From Massalongia carnosa (Eukaryota): a stretch of 64,000 nt of DNA. Shown one piece after another: positions 47,539 to 60,481 of the stretch. The first letter of the stretch is position 1. Each line of letters opens with the position of its first letter. The translations under genes and the position numbers were made by a program. The stretch covers positions 1,054,001 through 1,118,000 of the forward strand of contig OZ287069.1 in NCBI GenBank assembly GCA_965645245.1, read 5' to 3'. Under the pieces are notes generated by a model that ran no database searches, had not been told where the DNA came from, and was given only the letters and a program-made list of their open reading frames with translations.

Positions 47539-49607
47539 TCAGACCGAAGTAATTCGTCCAGTTGTGCGTCCCCTGGGCCGTAGTTTGATCACCATCTCCA
47601 ACTCTTTGAGCATATGTGTATTCGCATCAGCTTTCCCCTTAACGATCGCCTGTCTTACCCGATCCTCCTTCATCTTCGCCATCCTTTCTTCTCTGGTCAA
47701 CGTACTCCTCTGCCGAGGAACAGCCACTGCCTCAAACACTTCCTCACCAGAACTGCTTGTCGCGGTACTCGAACGTGATCTAAACAACGGTGGAAACCCA
47801 TTGATAGGATGCAAAGAGTTGGGCGGACTGCCTTCAACGGCTGTGAGACCTCCGAGGCTTGGAGTGGGCGACACAGGGATTCCTCGGCCGGTGATTGATA
47901 ATGACCTGCGATTTCCCTTCTTATCAATATTCGAGGCCAGCGCTGCTCTACCTTGCTCCCACTCTTGCAATAGTAATTTCAAATCCTCTCCGATGGAATC
48001 ATACTGAAAAAGGAGGTTTGGCCCTGTTTGCGAAACTTCATCGGCATTGTCCATGACCTTGTCTGATTCATCTCGAAGAACATGCATTTTTGCTTGAAGG
48101 CCACGAATTCCCTGCGAGAGGGAGCTTAGCTTCCTCATTTGACTTCTCATCCGCTCTTTGCCTGGTGTCAATGGCATTTTCGGAGTTGATGGAATTGGGA
48201 AGGCTTAGTTCTTGATTAATAACGCGAAAATCCAACTTTAAGTACGGTCACTTACTTTCTTCCTCTTGTAGAATATCGTCAACTGTGCCTATCATTCTTG
48301 CAGTTTCCATTGTCAAGTTCCTCATTGTTTCAGTTGCAGCTGCCCACCTCGGAAAATCCGACTTTCCACCATCTGCATCTAGAGCCAATAGACTGCATAG
48401 GAAAAGCTTTCTGATAATGTGTAACTTGTGCATACCAACCCTTAAAGCTTTGAGGCTATTCGCCTCTTCCGAGTCTAGTGTTTCAGGGCTGGCAAACTCC
48501 TGAGCCTCCTCCATATCAGTCCGGCTTATTTCATAAATGTCATAATATTTTTCCAGATCTACTTCCTCGGCTAAGGATCCCAATAGCTGATACGCTTGAT
48601 AATGAGGGGAGAGCATGGATTCTAGGGCTTTGCGGAGTGATACGCGTAACTGTACACATCTTCTGGTTTGACTCTGCTCTTCAAGGCGCGTTACCGGGGG
48701 TAGCGGATTGCTTCTAAGTGAGTATCAGCACGTTTGACCCATTAATTCGACGAAAGACTACTTACACCCTATATCCACGCGAGACCAGCTCGACCTCTTG
48801 TATTAGGGTCATAATGGCTGATGCTGCTGCATCAAAATTTTGAGCGGTTGATGTAAAGGAGGAGGCTACTTCCACCGCCTGCACCCTTAGATTATGTAGT
48901 CTTTGTCGTCTTGAGTATGCGTAGAGAGAAAGTGCCGCCATCGAGATGATATTAAGCACAAAGCTTATCCTCCACCCACGCGAATATGCCCAGATTGCAT
49001 TCCGGAGCCATCGTATTGACCACGCCAGCCCAAACGCGCTTACAGCGGTCAGCAGAAGCCCTGTCCAGGTCACATTCGTCATTCGCCCCTCTTCCGATTG
49101 CCATGAGGTATTATTAGCTGGTAAGGGAAACAGTTGACGATTATAAATATTAGGATTTTGGATATCGCTTAATAATTGAGAAGCAATGATGATGTAACGA
49201 AACTTTTCAAGAAAGCGGGCATTTTCGGTCCAGTCGAGCCTGGAATGGAATGCACTCTACGGATAGACAGACGTTAGAGCGGTTGTATCTCGCCAAGGGT
49301 TGCTTACCGAGCAAGAATTATGTATTTGGGCCACCAAGCCTTCAGGGGTAGAGCCTTCCAGCTTGAGTGAAGGCGGTGGTTTTCTTCGAGACTTGGGGTT
49401 TTGTATGGGAGGTCCTTGAGGCGCGAATGATGTGGTATTTTCGGGCGGAATAGGATTATTCGTAGTCTTTGTTGCAGGCCATTCGGTATTCGCTTCACCC
49501 TCACCTTGAGCTGTTGTTAGCGAGTACATCGAAAGCCATGGAATGTGCTCATAGAAACCTTCAAGGTATTGTGCCAATGGGGAATCTTGATAAACAATTG
49601 CCTCCAT
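47539..49607 (-). CDS. Vezatin-domain protein (VezA-like), multi-exon
   Basis: 'MEAIVYQDSPLAQYLE', 'FLEKFRYIIIASQLL', two TM segments, 'IQEVELVSRGYR', 'DLEKYYDIY', 'RKLFLCSLLALDADG', 'RSTLTREERMAKMKE'. Confidence 0.75.
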
Positions 49608-50292
49608 CTCGATAGAACATGCTCTAGCTCAGCTGATGCGCAAAATCTCCGAAACAGTCTGTGCTTCGCAGTCCACGTCGAACGTCACAAGCGCTCAAAT
49701 ACGATAGAATTGCGGTCGATACTGTAGCCCGGTGATTTCACGGAAGATGGGCAAACTATGGTAATATAACTGCACAGAGTAGAGTTGAGTGTTTCTAGTT
49801 CGGTAGCATTGTTTCTTGGTTGCTTACACGAAGTGGAATTCAAGATTTGCAGAACATAAGGAAGAACCCCTGTCATTCACTTGCGAGAGAATGACTTCAA
49901 CGTCACCGCTGACCAAACTCAGATTGCAGCCACCAATGAATTTGGACTAAGGTTTTAACCAAACGCGTCTCAAGTCACTACGTAGTATCGCTGAAACACG
50001 AATGCACGGTAGTTTGTCATGAAAAATCCAATGAGATCGATGATCCTCTTCCCCTTTTGTGTACCTACTAAGTACCTATCTATGTACTAAGTTACCCACA
50101 ATAGGTATTACTTTTTACTCAGTATACTGCTTACAAATCTTTTTTATTAATTGGGGGCGATGAGACAGAAACTCCAACCACATATATACTGTAACCGTCC
50201 TGTACAAAGTGCCGCTCAGATAGCTATATCTCTTTATCCCAGCCTTAATGCTAGTACATGGTCAAAGAATTCACCATTACTTAGCACAATGC

Positions 50293-51104
50293 TCAAAACT
50301 GTACATAACCCTTTCCTTTGACAAAAAGTTTGAAGATATCCTACTGGCTTAAGTTTCTTGGCGAGCTCAGAGTAGAGTTCAGCATGAGCATCTCCATCGA
50401 CGTCGTTTCCGGCCGGTGCTCCTTCAGCGGTTCTTTCGTCGGCATAATAGAATCTATATTTAGGGTCTTACTCAGTCACAAGGCTCTCATTAGAAAGAGA
50501 GAGAAACGGCCATTCTCAACATACCCGTAACCCCTTTCCTCATAAGCCTTTGCGGCATACTCAATGAGATGACTTGACGCTGCCTTGCCGACCCCCAAGG
50601 TAAACATTGGTGGGACGGCCACTCGATTGAGGCAATTTCCGCTCTAAATGAAGACGCATGGGGTTACTTCGTCCGTAATAGCATCGAATGACTTGATTGC
50701 CTCCTGGACTGCCGCGAAGGCGCTGGTGGTGTTGACAGCTAGATGATTCTAGAAGGTGTCAAGGTCGACCGACAAAAGATCTCCTTGGGAAAAGGAGAAT
50801 GCAGCAGCTAAAATATAAATCATCATCCACAGCAAGCTTCTCCGATGGACCAGAACCTCATACCGTTATATACAACCAAGCTCGATTCGCCCAAATTTGC
50901 TCTCACTTCGTATACACCATGAACAGCTCTCGGATCCAACAACTCAGCCGTGATAGACAATGCAGCCTTACTAGAGCCTGTGCCTTTGCCAGAACGGGAG
51001 ATCGCGGCCACCTCGTAACCTTCAGACGTGAACTGTTGAACCACTTTCATCCCAACATTGGGTCCAACACCAAATACAACAGCGACATGAGAAGAGGTTG
51101 CCAT
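50293..51104 (-). pseudogene. Short-chain dehydrogenase/reductase pseudogene
   Basis: Rossmann 'VVFGVGPNVG'; 'LGVGKAASSHLIE'; 'FYYADER'; in-frame stops 'DTF*NHL' and 'VFI*SGN'; late frameshift. Confidence 0.75.
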
Positions 51105-52520
51105 TGCTAATATTAAGTTAGTTGTAAGAAATAATCCTTATAGTAGTAGTGAACTCATTTTTCCTTAAGATGAAGCAGAAGACGAAAACCCCTCCCTTTA
51201 AGTACCCATTCTCTTAGAGAAAATAAAAAAACTTCTTCAAGCCTTGATACAGATCAGCTATCCTTCATGCTGACTACTACGTTATATGTATGAGAATGAT
51301 ATGCAAGAATCTGTAATACGCTCCAGCGGGTGGCTGAGTAACAAGGACCGGGGATTTTTCATTAGTGCGGTTTTTCAGTCAAGCCCCAAAGAATAGGATG
51401 CATGTCGTTCTAGAGAATGAGTCACTAGTTTGTGATGCTAAAGCCCTCTAATTTATGCAATGGATCCGATGTATAGGCCTAGTTTCAACAGCTCTTTCTT
51501 TTATCGAAGAGAGCATAGATTATGGATTACGTCAAGGTAGAAGAAGATGAAGAGGAGAAAGATCCACAGTCCGAATGATTAGTGAGAGCAGGATTGCTAG
51601 CACAAATCATGCCGGCTTTATAGAACAAGGTATGTTTCCAGGGCGCTATCTTCACTTGCTCTCCAATAGATATCCCGTTTTTTGGCCCTCAAGCCTTTAT
51701 TGCCAACTTAAAGTGAATAAATTAATGTTAGATTCGGAAATTATTGAAGGTCAGGGCCAATGTTGAAACGGATAGGTCTGCAATCTAGTCTGATACAACT
51801 TAAGAACAGCAAAGAGTTAACTTTCGAAGAGCATCGAATACCAAAAAAATCACTAGAGTGATCGGATTCCCAGCTGTTTGAAGATCGATCGATATAGATG
51901 AACGAGTAGGTACGCGCCTAAAGATTTCGATGACTAGCCACAAGATTGGCTGGACTACAGGTGAGTGAACGAACTGCCATATCAGAAGTAGCATGTACAT
52001 ATAAACTAAGTGAATAAGAAAAGATCAATAGCTAGTAGAGTGAACTATGAAATGAAAGATAACCGTAGTTAGAGCCTCTACTTTGCTAAGAAACTCGGGG
52101 AACCACGATTTTTCTCTTTATGCTCGGAGTAGAAAATCCTTACTTTAGCATCATTAGGACATTACTCGTAGTTCTTAATCAATAAACCTTTCACCGAAAC
52201 AAATGTGCCTGCTCCGTAGTAAAGGGGCCTGCTTAGAAAGCGATGCAAGGTTGCCAATAAATAAAGGTTCTTCAAGTTCGGGGTGATTCCATTGAAAAGG
52301 TGAAGAAGAGTACTCTATCTATCAGAGTACGCACGGCGGGTTCTCGGTATTGGACCTCGGCTGATTTCTGGTTATCCGGTCTTTCGAGACCCATCTGCAG
52401 ATAGAATAGTAAATAACTCTCATTAGAAGGTAGCTTCAGCATATCACATACTCCGTAGTCATCTCTCAAGGTTCTTTATCTGCTTCAGCCTTCAGATTTC
52501 ATGCTTACCCTGAAAATAAT

Positions 52521-53825
52521 ATGGCAGGTCCTGTGAGGCAGCCAATCGAGCTTGCCTCTTTGTCAAACTACTTAAAAAGTAACGTTCCACAGATAGAGCT
52601 TCCCATTGATATCCATCAGGTGTGTATCCCTATGTCGGGCATGTCATCAGGCCTCCACTCACCGGGTACATGTGCTCTAGTTTGGCTACGGGCAATCCAA
52701 TCCGACCTACCAGCTCACCGCAGCAAACGGCAGAAAGTATGTTTTACGAAAGAAGCCCCCAGGCACGCTGCTTTCTAAAACCGCGCATCAAGTCGAACGC
52801 GAATACCGAGTAATACATGCTCTAGCGAACACAGGAGTCCCTGCACCTGCGGCGTACGCTTCGTGTGAGGACACGACAATTATTGGGACTTCATTCTATA
52901 TTATGCAGTTTCTCGACGGCCGGGTTTTCGAAGACCCGTCAATCCCGGGTGTGACAGTGAGAGAAAGGAATGAAATGTGAGGAGCTGCTTATGTATATAT
53001 AAGCCGCTGGCTTAGATCTTACAGGTGGCATGACGCTATACGTACGCTTGCAGCGCTTCACCGCGTAGACCCTGCCGCAGTTGGACTATCGGATTTTGGA
53101 AAGTCGTCAGGCTTTTATAACCGCCAGATCAAGACCTTGGCTACCATTGCTGCCTCCCAGGCGCGAACTGTGGATGTCGAGACAAAAGTCCCCGTAGGCA
53201 CGATTCCCTATTTTGATGAGATGGTAGCGTTCTTTCAGCAATCGGCTACCCAGCCAACAGATCGGTCAACTGTGGTTCACGGCGACTACAAGATTGATAA
53301 CTTGGTCTTTCACAAGACCGAACCTAGGGTTATAGGAATCCTCGAGTATGCCACTCTCTATGAGTAACCTTGCTCTTCCTATTTCGTGACTGTCATTTCT
53401 AACGCCTTAGCTTTTGAAGCTGGGAGATGTCCACACTTGGGCACCCCCTTTCTGATCTTTCAAATCTTCTCAGCCCGTTTATTTTTGCCCAATACGCTTC
53501 CTCACCTGCTCTTTGCTCGCACACGAACATCGCATTTGCATCATCCATGCTAGCCTCTGGTCTCCCTTCTCGTTCTCAATGCATATCCTGGTACAGCAAG
53601 GTCGCGGGTTGGGATCCCAGCCCAGAATCGCGGTGGGGGGATGCTTTCGGAGTCTTTCGAAACGGTGTAATCATGCAAGGAATTGCCGCAAGGTATGCGC
53701 TGCGACAGGCCACCAGCGAAAAGGCGAAGGAACATGGAGAGAAGATAGGGGCATATGGCGAGTTCGCTTGGAGGCTTATTGGCATGCTCAATAGGTTGGA
53801 GGCGAAGGCAAATGCCAAGCTTTAG
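52521..53825 (+). CDS. APH/phosphotransferase-family protein (ACAD10/11 N-domain-like) with PTS1
   Basis: 'FGYGQSNPTY', 'VLRKKPPG', 'AHQVEREYRVI', 'VHGDYKIDNL', 'WEMSTLGHPLSDL'; C-terminal -AKL. Confidence 0.88.
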
Positions 53826-56205
53826 ATAGGAGTGACCTAAGTGGGCGAGACCAGACTCGACGCTAGCGAGATTGCTTTCAAGCCACTCTGATCCCTATTT
53901 GAACCGAAGCCTCATTTTCACGCCTAACTTAGTAGTGCTTGAGCGTTTTTGGGGCTCTTGAAAAGAAACCGTCCTCTGCGACGCTAGGTACCCTTAATCA
54001 TCCCTTGGCAGCTGAATTCAAGCACTCACCTCCACCAACCGAATTAGGTCGAGGATGATAGGAAAACCTGGAATGGTGTCGTCCTGAAATCTATTTGTGG
54101 ATGTTTGTTGGTTACGGGATAGGAAGGATTCGTTTTCCGTTAGGAACATGATGATTCTAGATGTTTGCGGAGTAGGGCTATTGGAGACTTTAGCAAAGTG
54201 TGTGGGCAGCCCTGGGCTAGGGGTTGAGCGCATTTTGGAGCCGTGCCCGGTCCACAAGGCTAAATTTAAGTTGAAGAACCCCATCAACCTAAGCATCGAT
54301 AAATGCTTCGTTTTTCTCTTGACTAATTGAGCCGTACGGGGGAGGGTGGAATTTAGTTAGACCAACATGATTGGGAAGGCGACGAAAACAACATTAAGGA
54401 TAACGGAGTATCGATGCCCGAGTAACTTGGGATTTTGGGAAGGTGGGAAGATGCAAGCACGCGTCAGTCACTCTAAGCCGCATGAAACCCGATATTTACT
54501 TATTAGGTTACCACAATTCTCCGTACTCCGGTACAGAGCACAGCGTACGGAAATACCGACACTCTTGGTTGTAATAAATGCTTAGCAATTGGACGCAGTG
54601 ACCATGCACAAGAAACAAAACATGCGGGGTTTGATAGGGGGCATCTCAGGGTGGGGGGAAGCAACCAATGGGAATGGGGGGATGGAAATGAGGCGGGGAT
54701 GGAAATGAGGGGGATGGGAATGGGGTTTGAATCGTAATGTATGGTAATCTGTAACGTTAGACCGGTTGGGGTGACGTGGGACTAGGAAGGACAGGACGCC
54801 CAACAATAACGACCATACCGCGTACTATGTAATCCTTAAGTGGAGTTGCCTTTCTGAATCCTACGGAGTACTCTGTAGATGTAAAGAAATACAGTGTGAT
54901 ACTAGCAACTGTACTGAAAGTATCCGTGGGGGTTTCTTTGGCTGGACGGTCATTCATCCGCTGATAGCTCTATCTAGGCATAGATCCATAGCTGTAATCA
55001 TCATGGCCTTCACAAAAACCATCCCGAACTCCCCGAATCTCTGCTATCAAGGCACCCAATGTACAGAACACAGAGCACGAATACTTGCCTGTCTCTTGTA
55101 GGTTAGGTTCTTATTTATTCAGCTGAGCCTAGCCAGTTATAGCGAGTGCTCGTACTCAGCCGCACCACCCCCCCAGTCGCTCCCTAACAAACATTTTACC
55201 TACTCTGTACACTAACACACAACCTGGCCATATCGTGACGCTCATTGTTCATCCGAGTTTTGCTCGCTCCCTGCTTCCTGTTGATTTCGTCCTTCTGCTT
55301 CTTCGTCAAATCCTCAACGAGAATTCGGCGATTTCGGCGTTGCCCCGCCCTACTCCCGCCCGCAGCTCGAGCCTCTAACTATCTTCAAGGAAAAGGAAAA
55401 ATCGGATTTGCGATCGACAAAATCCTTAAATAAACTTCTTGAGCCTCACGAGGCTCTGGTCTTCTAGCTTCCCCTCAAAGAGCAGCCTAAGAAAACATCA
55501 AAAGTACGTTTCTTCCTCTTTTGCCACATGCGATCATCGTGTTGTTCATTTCCACCTTTGGTTTTCTTAATGATTGGCCTGTAAGCTATCAAAACATGCT
55601 TCTCACGCTTTGCGTCGTGTTTCGGCTTCCTTGTTGCACCACCAACGGCCCGCACCTCTACGCTAATACGGCCGAATCATTTAAATACCTTCGTTGCATC
55701 ATGGCTTTGGTTATCTTAACCACCGAGCCTTGTAGTCCCATGTCTTCCACTGTATCACGACCATAGAGGAGAACGACGCGCCATAGCAAAGGCAATGATT
55801 TGATCCGCCAGGGGCTTATTTCTTTTAGATGTTGAACCCAAAGAACCATCCAATGAGACTTTCTTCCTACGTGAATCGTCCATAGATTTCTTGTTGCCAG
55901 ATTGACCATGCATCGTTGTGTAGAGATTATTTACGCGCAATGGATTGAGATTCTAATCCCCCGGTCACTTCAGATTTTTTTAGAGCTTGATTATCACCTG
56001 TGTCCTCCCAGAGCAACCTTGGAAGTCGATTACGTTTAGCGGAGATATTCCACAAAAATTTTTTGGTGTAGGGTGGGACATTGTCCCCTCCTCGCCCCAA
56101 ATCCCGAAGCTGGCGGAAAATTACTACTCGGACGACGGCTGCAACCACACGCCTCCACTTCTTCCCACAACCGTAAATCTCAAACCCACGCCGTCGCCCG
56201 AATAT

Positions 56206-57908
56206 ATGCCCCCCATCACCCAATCGCCGACCCCAGAGCGCGGTAGCACATCGAATAGAAAAGGTCCGAGACGCCGTCCAAAAACCCAAGCCTCCCAAGC
56301 GGACACGGTACTTATTGGTTTTCTAGGAGACTACAATCTCCCAGATATAGCCACAAGAGCCGGCGTAGAACCATTGAATTCGGCCTCTCAGTCCGAGTCT
56401 GGTGATCCGAGCGAGGCTATGGAGACGGAGGTAGAGCATCGAGCCGGAGAGAAGAGCTTAAGCCTTGTGCAAACCGCTCAAGATGCACTACCTTTGGTGG
56501 ACGGGACCAATCGAGGGACTGGCGATCATCCTATAACCCAAAAGCCAGATGGCATCCGACGACTACTGTCCAAAATATACACCCAGGATTTGAACCCCTC
56601 ATCCAAGCTCAAAGCTCTGTCTGAGCCTGTCAGATCATATGCCGGAAAGGCAGGTTTAGAAAACCAAGTGACCTCAACCCCCAAAGATGCAGACATAACC
56701 ACAGACAGCACACATAACCTCAGGGGCTTTTTGCCTAGGCCTAGCCCTCCATCATCCAACGGACCGTATTCAACTGCCCGGCGTCGCCGCTCGCAATCAT
56801 TGGCCACGTCGACCATGCGGAAGTTCGCCATCCCTGATCCTGAGGGATTATCTGGGGTGACGCTGCCAGCAATGCATAGCTCACCGCCATCGCTATCTGC
56901 AAAATCTCCTAAAGGCCAGCAAACATTGCCGCCTCTACTCGCCCATTTTGGACCTCTTGTTGAAGGGCGTTCGCCCAACGATACCGATATCCGGCCGAAC
57001 GGATTGGGTCCAAGCCGACAAACCTTTCCTCCCATGAGTGGCTCCATACGTTCACCACCTCTTGGATCAATAACCTCTCGTACGACCCAGTACCCTAGCC
57101 CCCGGGCCCGCTTAAACGGCCGTCTCCCACCTCCCTATCCGCCTCCTCAACCTTCACCAGCTAGTACTTACAGCGATGCCTCTCCACGCGAACCTTATCG
57201 GCACAATCCAGACACCACGAATATGTCTCCTCCTGGAAGGTTCGGCCATGGGCAGTATTATTCGGACGCACGAACACCTCAAAGTGACGATCTCACCCCT
57301 ATTTCCGCCGAGAGTCATCTAAGCGCTGGAAATTTCAGCGCTGACACCTCGCCCAATCGAGACTCCATCGGCATTGAGGGTCGTCCTATACTTCCACCGT
57401 TGGGGAGTGTGCCTTTAACAATGGGGTTGTTCAAATGCGAGAATGCCGATTGCCCAGCGCTGCCGTTTCAGACGCAATATCTGCTCAAGTAAGTCAAGAC
57501 TTGATCGCTGTGGTATCAAGGATCCTAGGCTTATTGTTGTTAAAGCTCGCATATGAATGTGCACTCGCAAAACCGACCTCACTACTGCCCTGTGAAGACG
57601 TGTAACCGTTCCGAAGGCGGTAAGGGCTTCAAGCGAAAAAACGAAATGATACGCCATGGTCTAGTCCATCAGTCGCCCGGATACATCTGTCCGTTCTGTC
57701 CCGAAAGGGAGCACAAATATCCTCGGCCAGATAATTTGCAGAGGTATGTGTTTCCGAAGCATTTTGAGAAGCAATGGAGCTCAATACTTCTAGGCACGTT
57801 CGCGTCAATCACCCTGATAAGGACTTGAATGACGCTCAGTTACGAGAAGTTTTAGCACAAAGGCTTGAAGGCGGCACGCGAGGACGCCGAAGACGCCTTG
57901 GAGGTTAG
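56206..57908 (+). CDS. C2H2 zinc-finger transcription factor, 3 exons (start may lie upstream)
   Basis: Long P/S-rich region, then 'CENADC...HMNVH', 'CPVKTC...HGLVH', 'CPFC...RPDNLQRHVRVNH'. Confidence 0.85.
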
Positions 57909-58872
57909 CATTCATCTTGATTGCATCTTCTTTTGATAAGATGTTCAGAACAACGTGGCGATTGTTCTGCGCGTGTACATGAAGGACCATTACCATCGGC
58001 GTTGTTTACCGCCTCTTCTTCGAGGCCGGAATATGACTTCAAATACCCCAGAAAGGAGCGGAAGGAAAGAAAAGGTGTATGTATCCACGATAAACGAGAT
58101 TCGTCGAAACGACTTTTACGATTGCCCTTTTTTTATATATAGAACTTTGAATTAGGGAATTCAATTGGGAATGGGCTGGTTTGTATGGGATTCTGTATTC
58201 AGCGACTGATAGGGCTTCAATCCTAAATGCGCTGTTCAAGACTTGGGTGCCTGCATGGGCTTGTTTGACAGGACTTCCAACGGCAATTCTCCGTTCGGAT
58301 AGGTGCAAATCTATCCACTATGTTGATATCTTCTGATTGTTCGCTGCTGGATAGCATTTACCTATTATCGCATCTATCTATCCGCCCTGGCTTTGAAATA
58401 TTTTTGTCATTTTTTTGCGCTTGCTTCAGCACCTACATCGACCGTTGGCTACTGTTGCTGTCAATGTTATTTTCTTCTCCTAGCCCAGTTAATGTAGTGC
58501 CCTTTTGCCCGTATGCCTCTGCTTGTTTTGTTCCAAACCACTCTAAGTCTCTCTCCTGGCAATGGAAGTCCTAAATAATACCGGCCATTGTTGCAACAAC
58601 GATAGGACGGAGACAAATTAAGCGTGATCCCATCGGGTGGTGCTTCCGTGCACTGCGTCACTGCTGGCACCAGATAATCTTGACGTAAGTGGTTCAATCA
58701 CGGTCCACCGCTTTCTCCAGCCCAAAACCCACTCCATGTGCTTTGATGCTTTCGCTCTGCTTTCCACGCGCTTCTGATTTACACCTACCTCTCTCACCTT
58801 GTCAGATTGGTGCCATCCAGCTTAGTTCTGTGTTTTCGACAAGCCAACAGCTTCAGCACTGGTTACTCGACA

Positions 58873-59985
58873 ATGTCCATTATGAATGGCGATCTCTCCA
58901 ACTATGAGCATAATAACGGGTTCACATCCAGCATTGATGACGTCTCCAGCAGCAGCTATCACGTCAAGCAAATGGACCGTCCCAGCCAAACAACATACCT
59001 AACCTCGATCAGCCAGCAGCCCGTCACGCAGCACCGACCCCTATACATTCCGACAATGAACGACCTCTTAACTGACGCTGGGACTGCACGAGCTACCCTC
59101 GCCGCATCCAAGGAATCCCCCAATGGCACTGTGGAAGACGATTATGCGAAACGGCACCAAGATCAAACCGTAAGATTACCCCTCCCAGGCCTACCCTCCC
59201 GGATTATCGTCTGTATCCATGGGGGGGAAAGTATGTCAGGCTAATGACCCGCGAGCGACACTTTGGTAAATATAGGTAATACAGCAACATGTTGAATACT
59301 AGGATTAAGACCGGGACGGCATCATTTGGCCGCAAGATACCCACAACGATGAAATATTCCCCTCTCCCTTTTCGTAGCCTTCATCATCCACTTTGCTCTC
59401 TCCTACCCTACTGTGCCCGGCTGGCTTCCCGACCCATTATTTCGCATCTACATCGCGCGCTTACACAAGGACAAGCACGGCAGCGACAGCATGACCTACG
59501 ACAACGAGGGTCGCTTTCGGCCGCAGAACTTCGAGGAGATTTTTGCCAAGTACGATCGCGGGAACAAAGGCGGTCTGACGTGGGAAATGTGTATGTGCTT
59601 TGGAAGGGCTAAAGATTGGTATTTGACTTCTTTGGGTCGAGCGCTAACGATTCTGGAACGTACGAATTCCTCGTCCACTTTGTCCTTTGGTTTTTTCCAA
59701 AAAAGAAGCTTGGCCATCATGCTCCGGGATCAAACCCGGCAAACGCTGACACTCGGCACATTTCCAGGGACGGCCACTTACCTCCTCCTCTGGCCCGCGG
59801 ACGGGCTTATGCGCAAGGAAGACATCCGCGGCATTTACGATGGCAGCATCTTCTACCGCAAGGCTCAGCAGCACCAGCGAAACCAGCGCGCAAAAGCCGC
59901 TTTCTCGCGCGAGCACCCCAGCACGAGTCCGTCTTGGTTGAGAAGGTTAAGCTATTGTGACAATGGCGGCGCGACACTGGGATGA
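58873..59985 (+). pseudogene. Caleosin/peroxygenase pseudogene
   Basis: 'QQHVEY*D*DRDGIIWPQDT'; proline knot 'SYPTVPGWLPDPLFRI'; 'HKDKHGSDS..YDNEGRF'; 'KEDIRGIYDGSIF'; several stops, a deletion and a frameshift. Confidence 0.8.
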
Positions 59986-60481
59986 GGGGAGGCCATTGGG
60001 GGATGGAGTCAAAGGGAGGAGGGGGAGGAATGGGAAGAAAGACCGGGTGATGGATTTTTTGCCACTTTCTCTTACAAAACGGCACCGGATCGCCTGACAA
60101 GAAGGGGGGGGGGGATGATTCGCCTTTCGCCATAAAGAGGTTCGGTTACGGTTTGGTAGGATGGGGGCGGGGTTGGACCACTTCACCCATGGGCTAGGTG
60201 GGAAAGGATGGCGGGGAGGATTATATCCATAAACTATAGAACAGAATGGATGGAAACGGAAGGCATTAGATACTTGGTTTTTTTCAAGCCAGGCTCTTTT
60301 TACTCCCTTCAGATATATGGAGATGAGGGAATCGCGAACTGCGGTCTCTGCTTTGTCCCTGGATGGATGAATGGTAGATGAGCCTGAAATGAAAACACCG
60401 ACAGAGCAACAAACACCACGGTAGCAAAGGGGGACGAAACCGAAACATCGAATGGGATATAGGCTCATCGCCGCCCATCCC

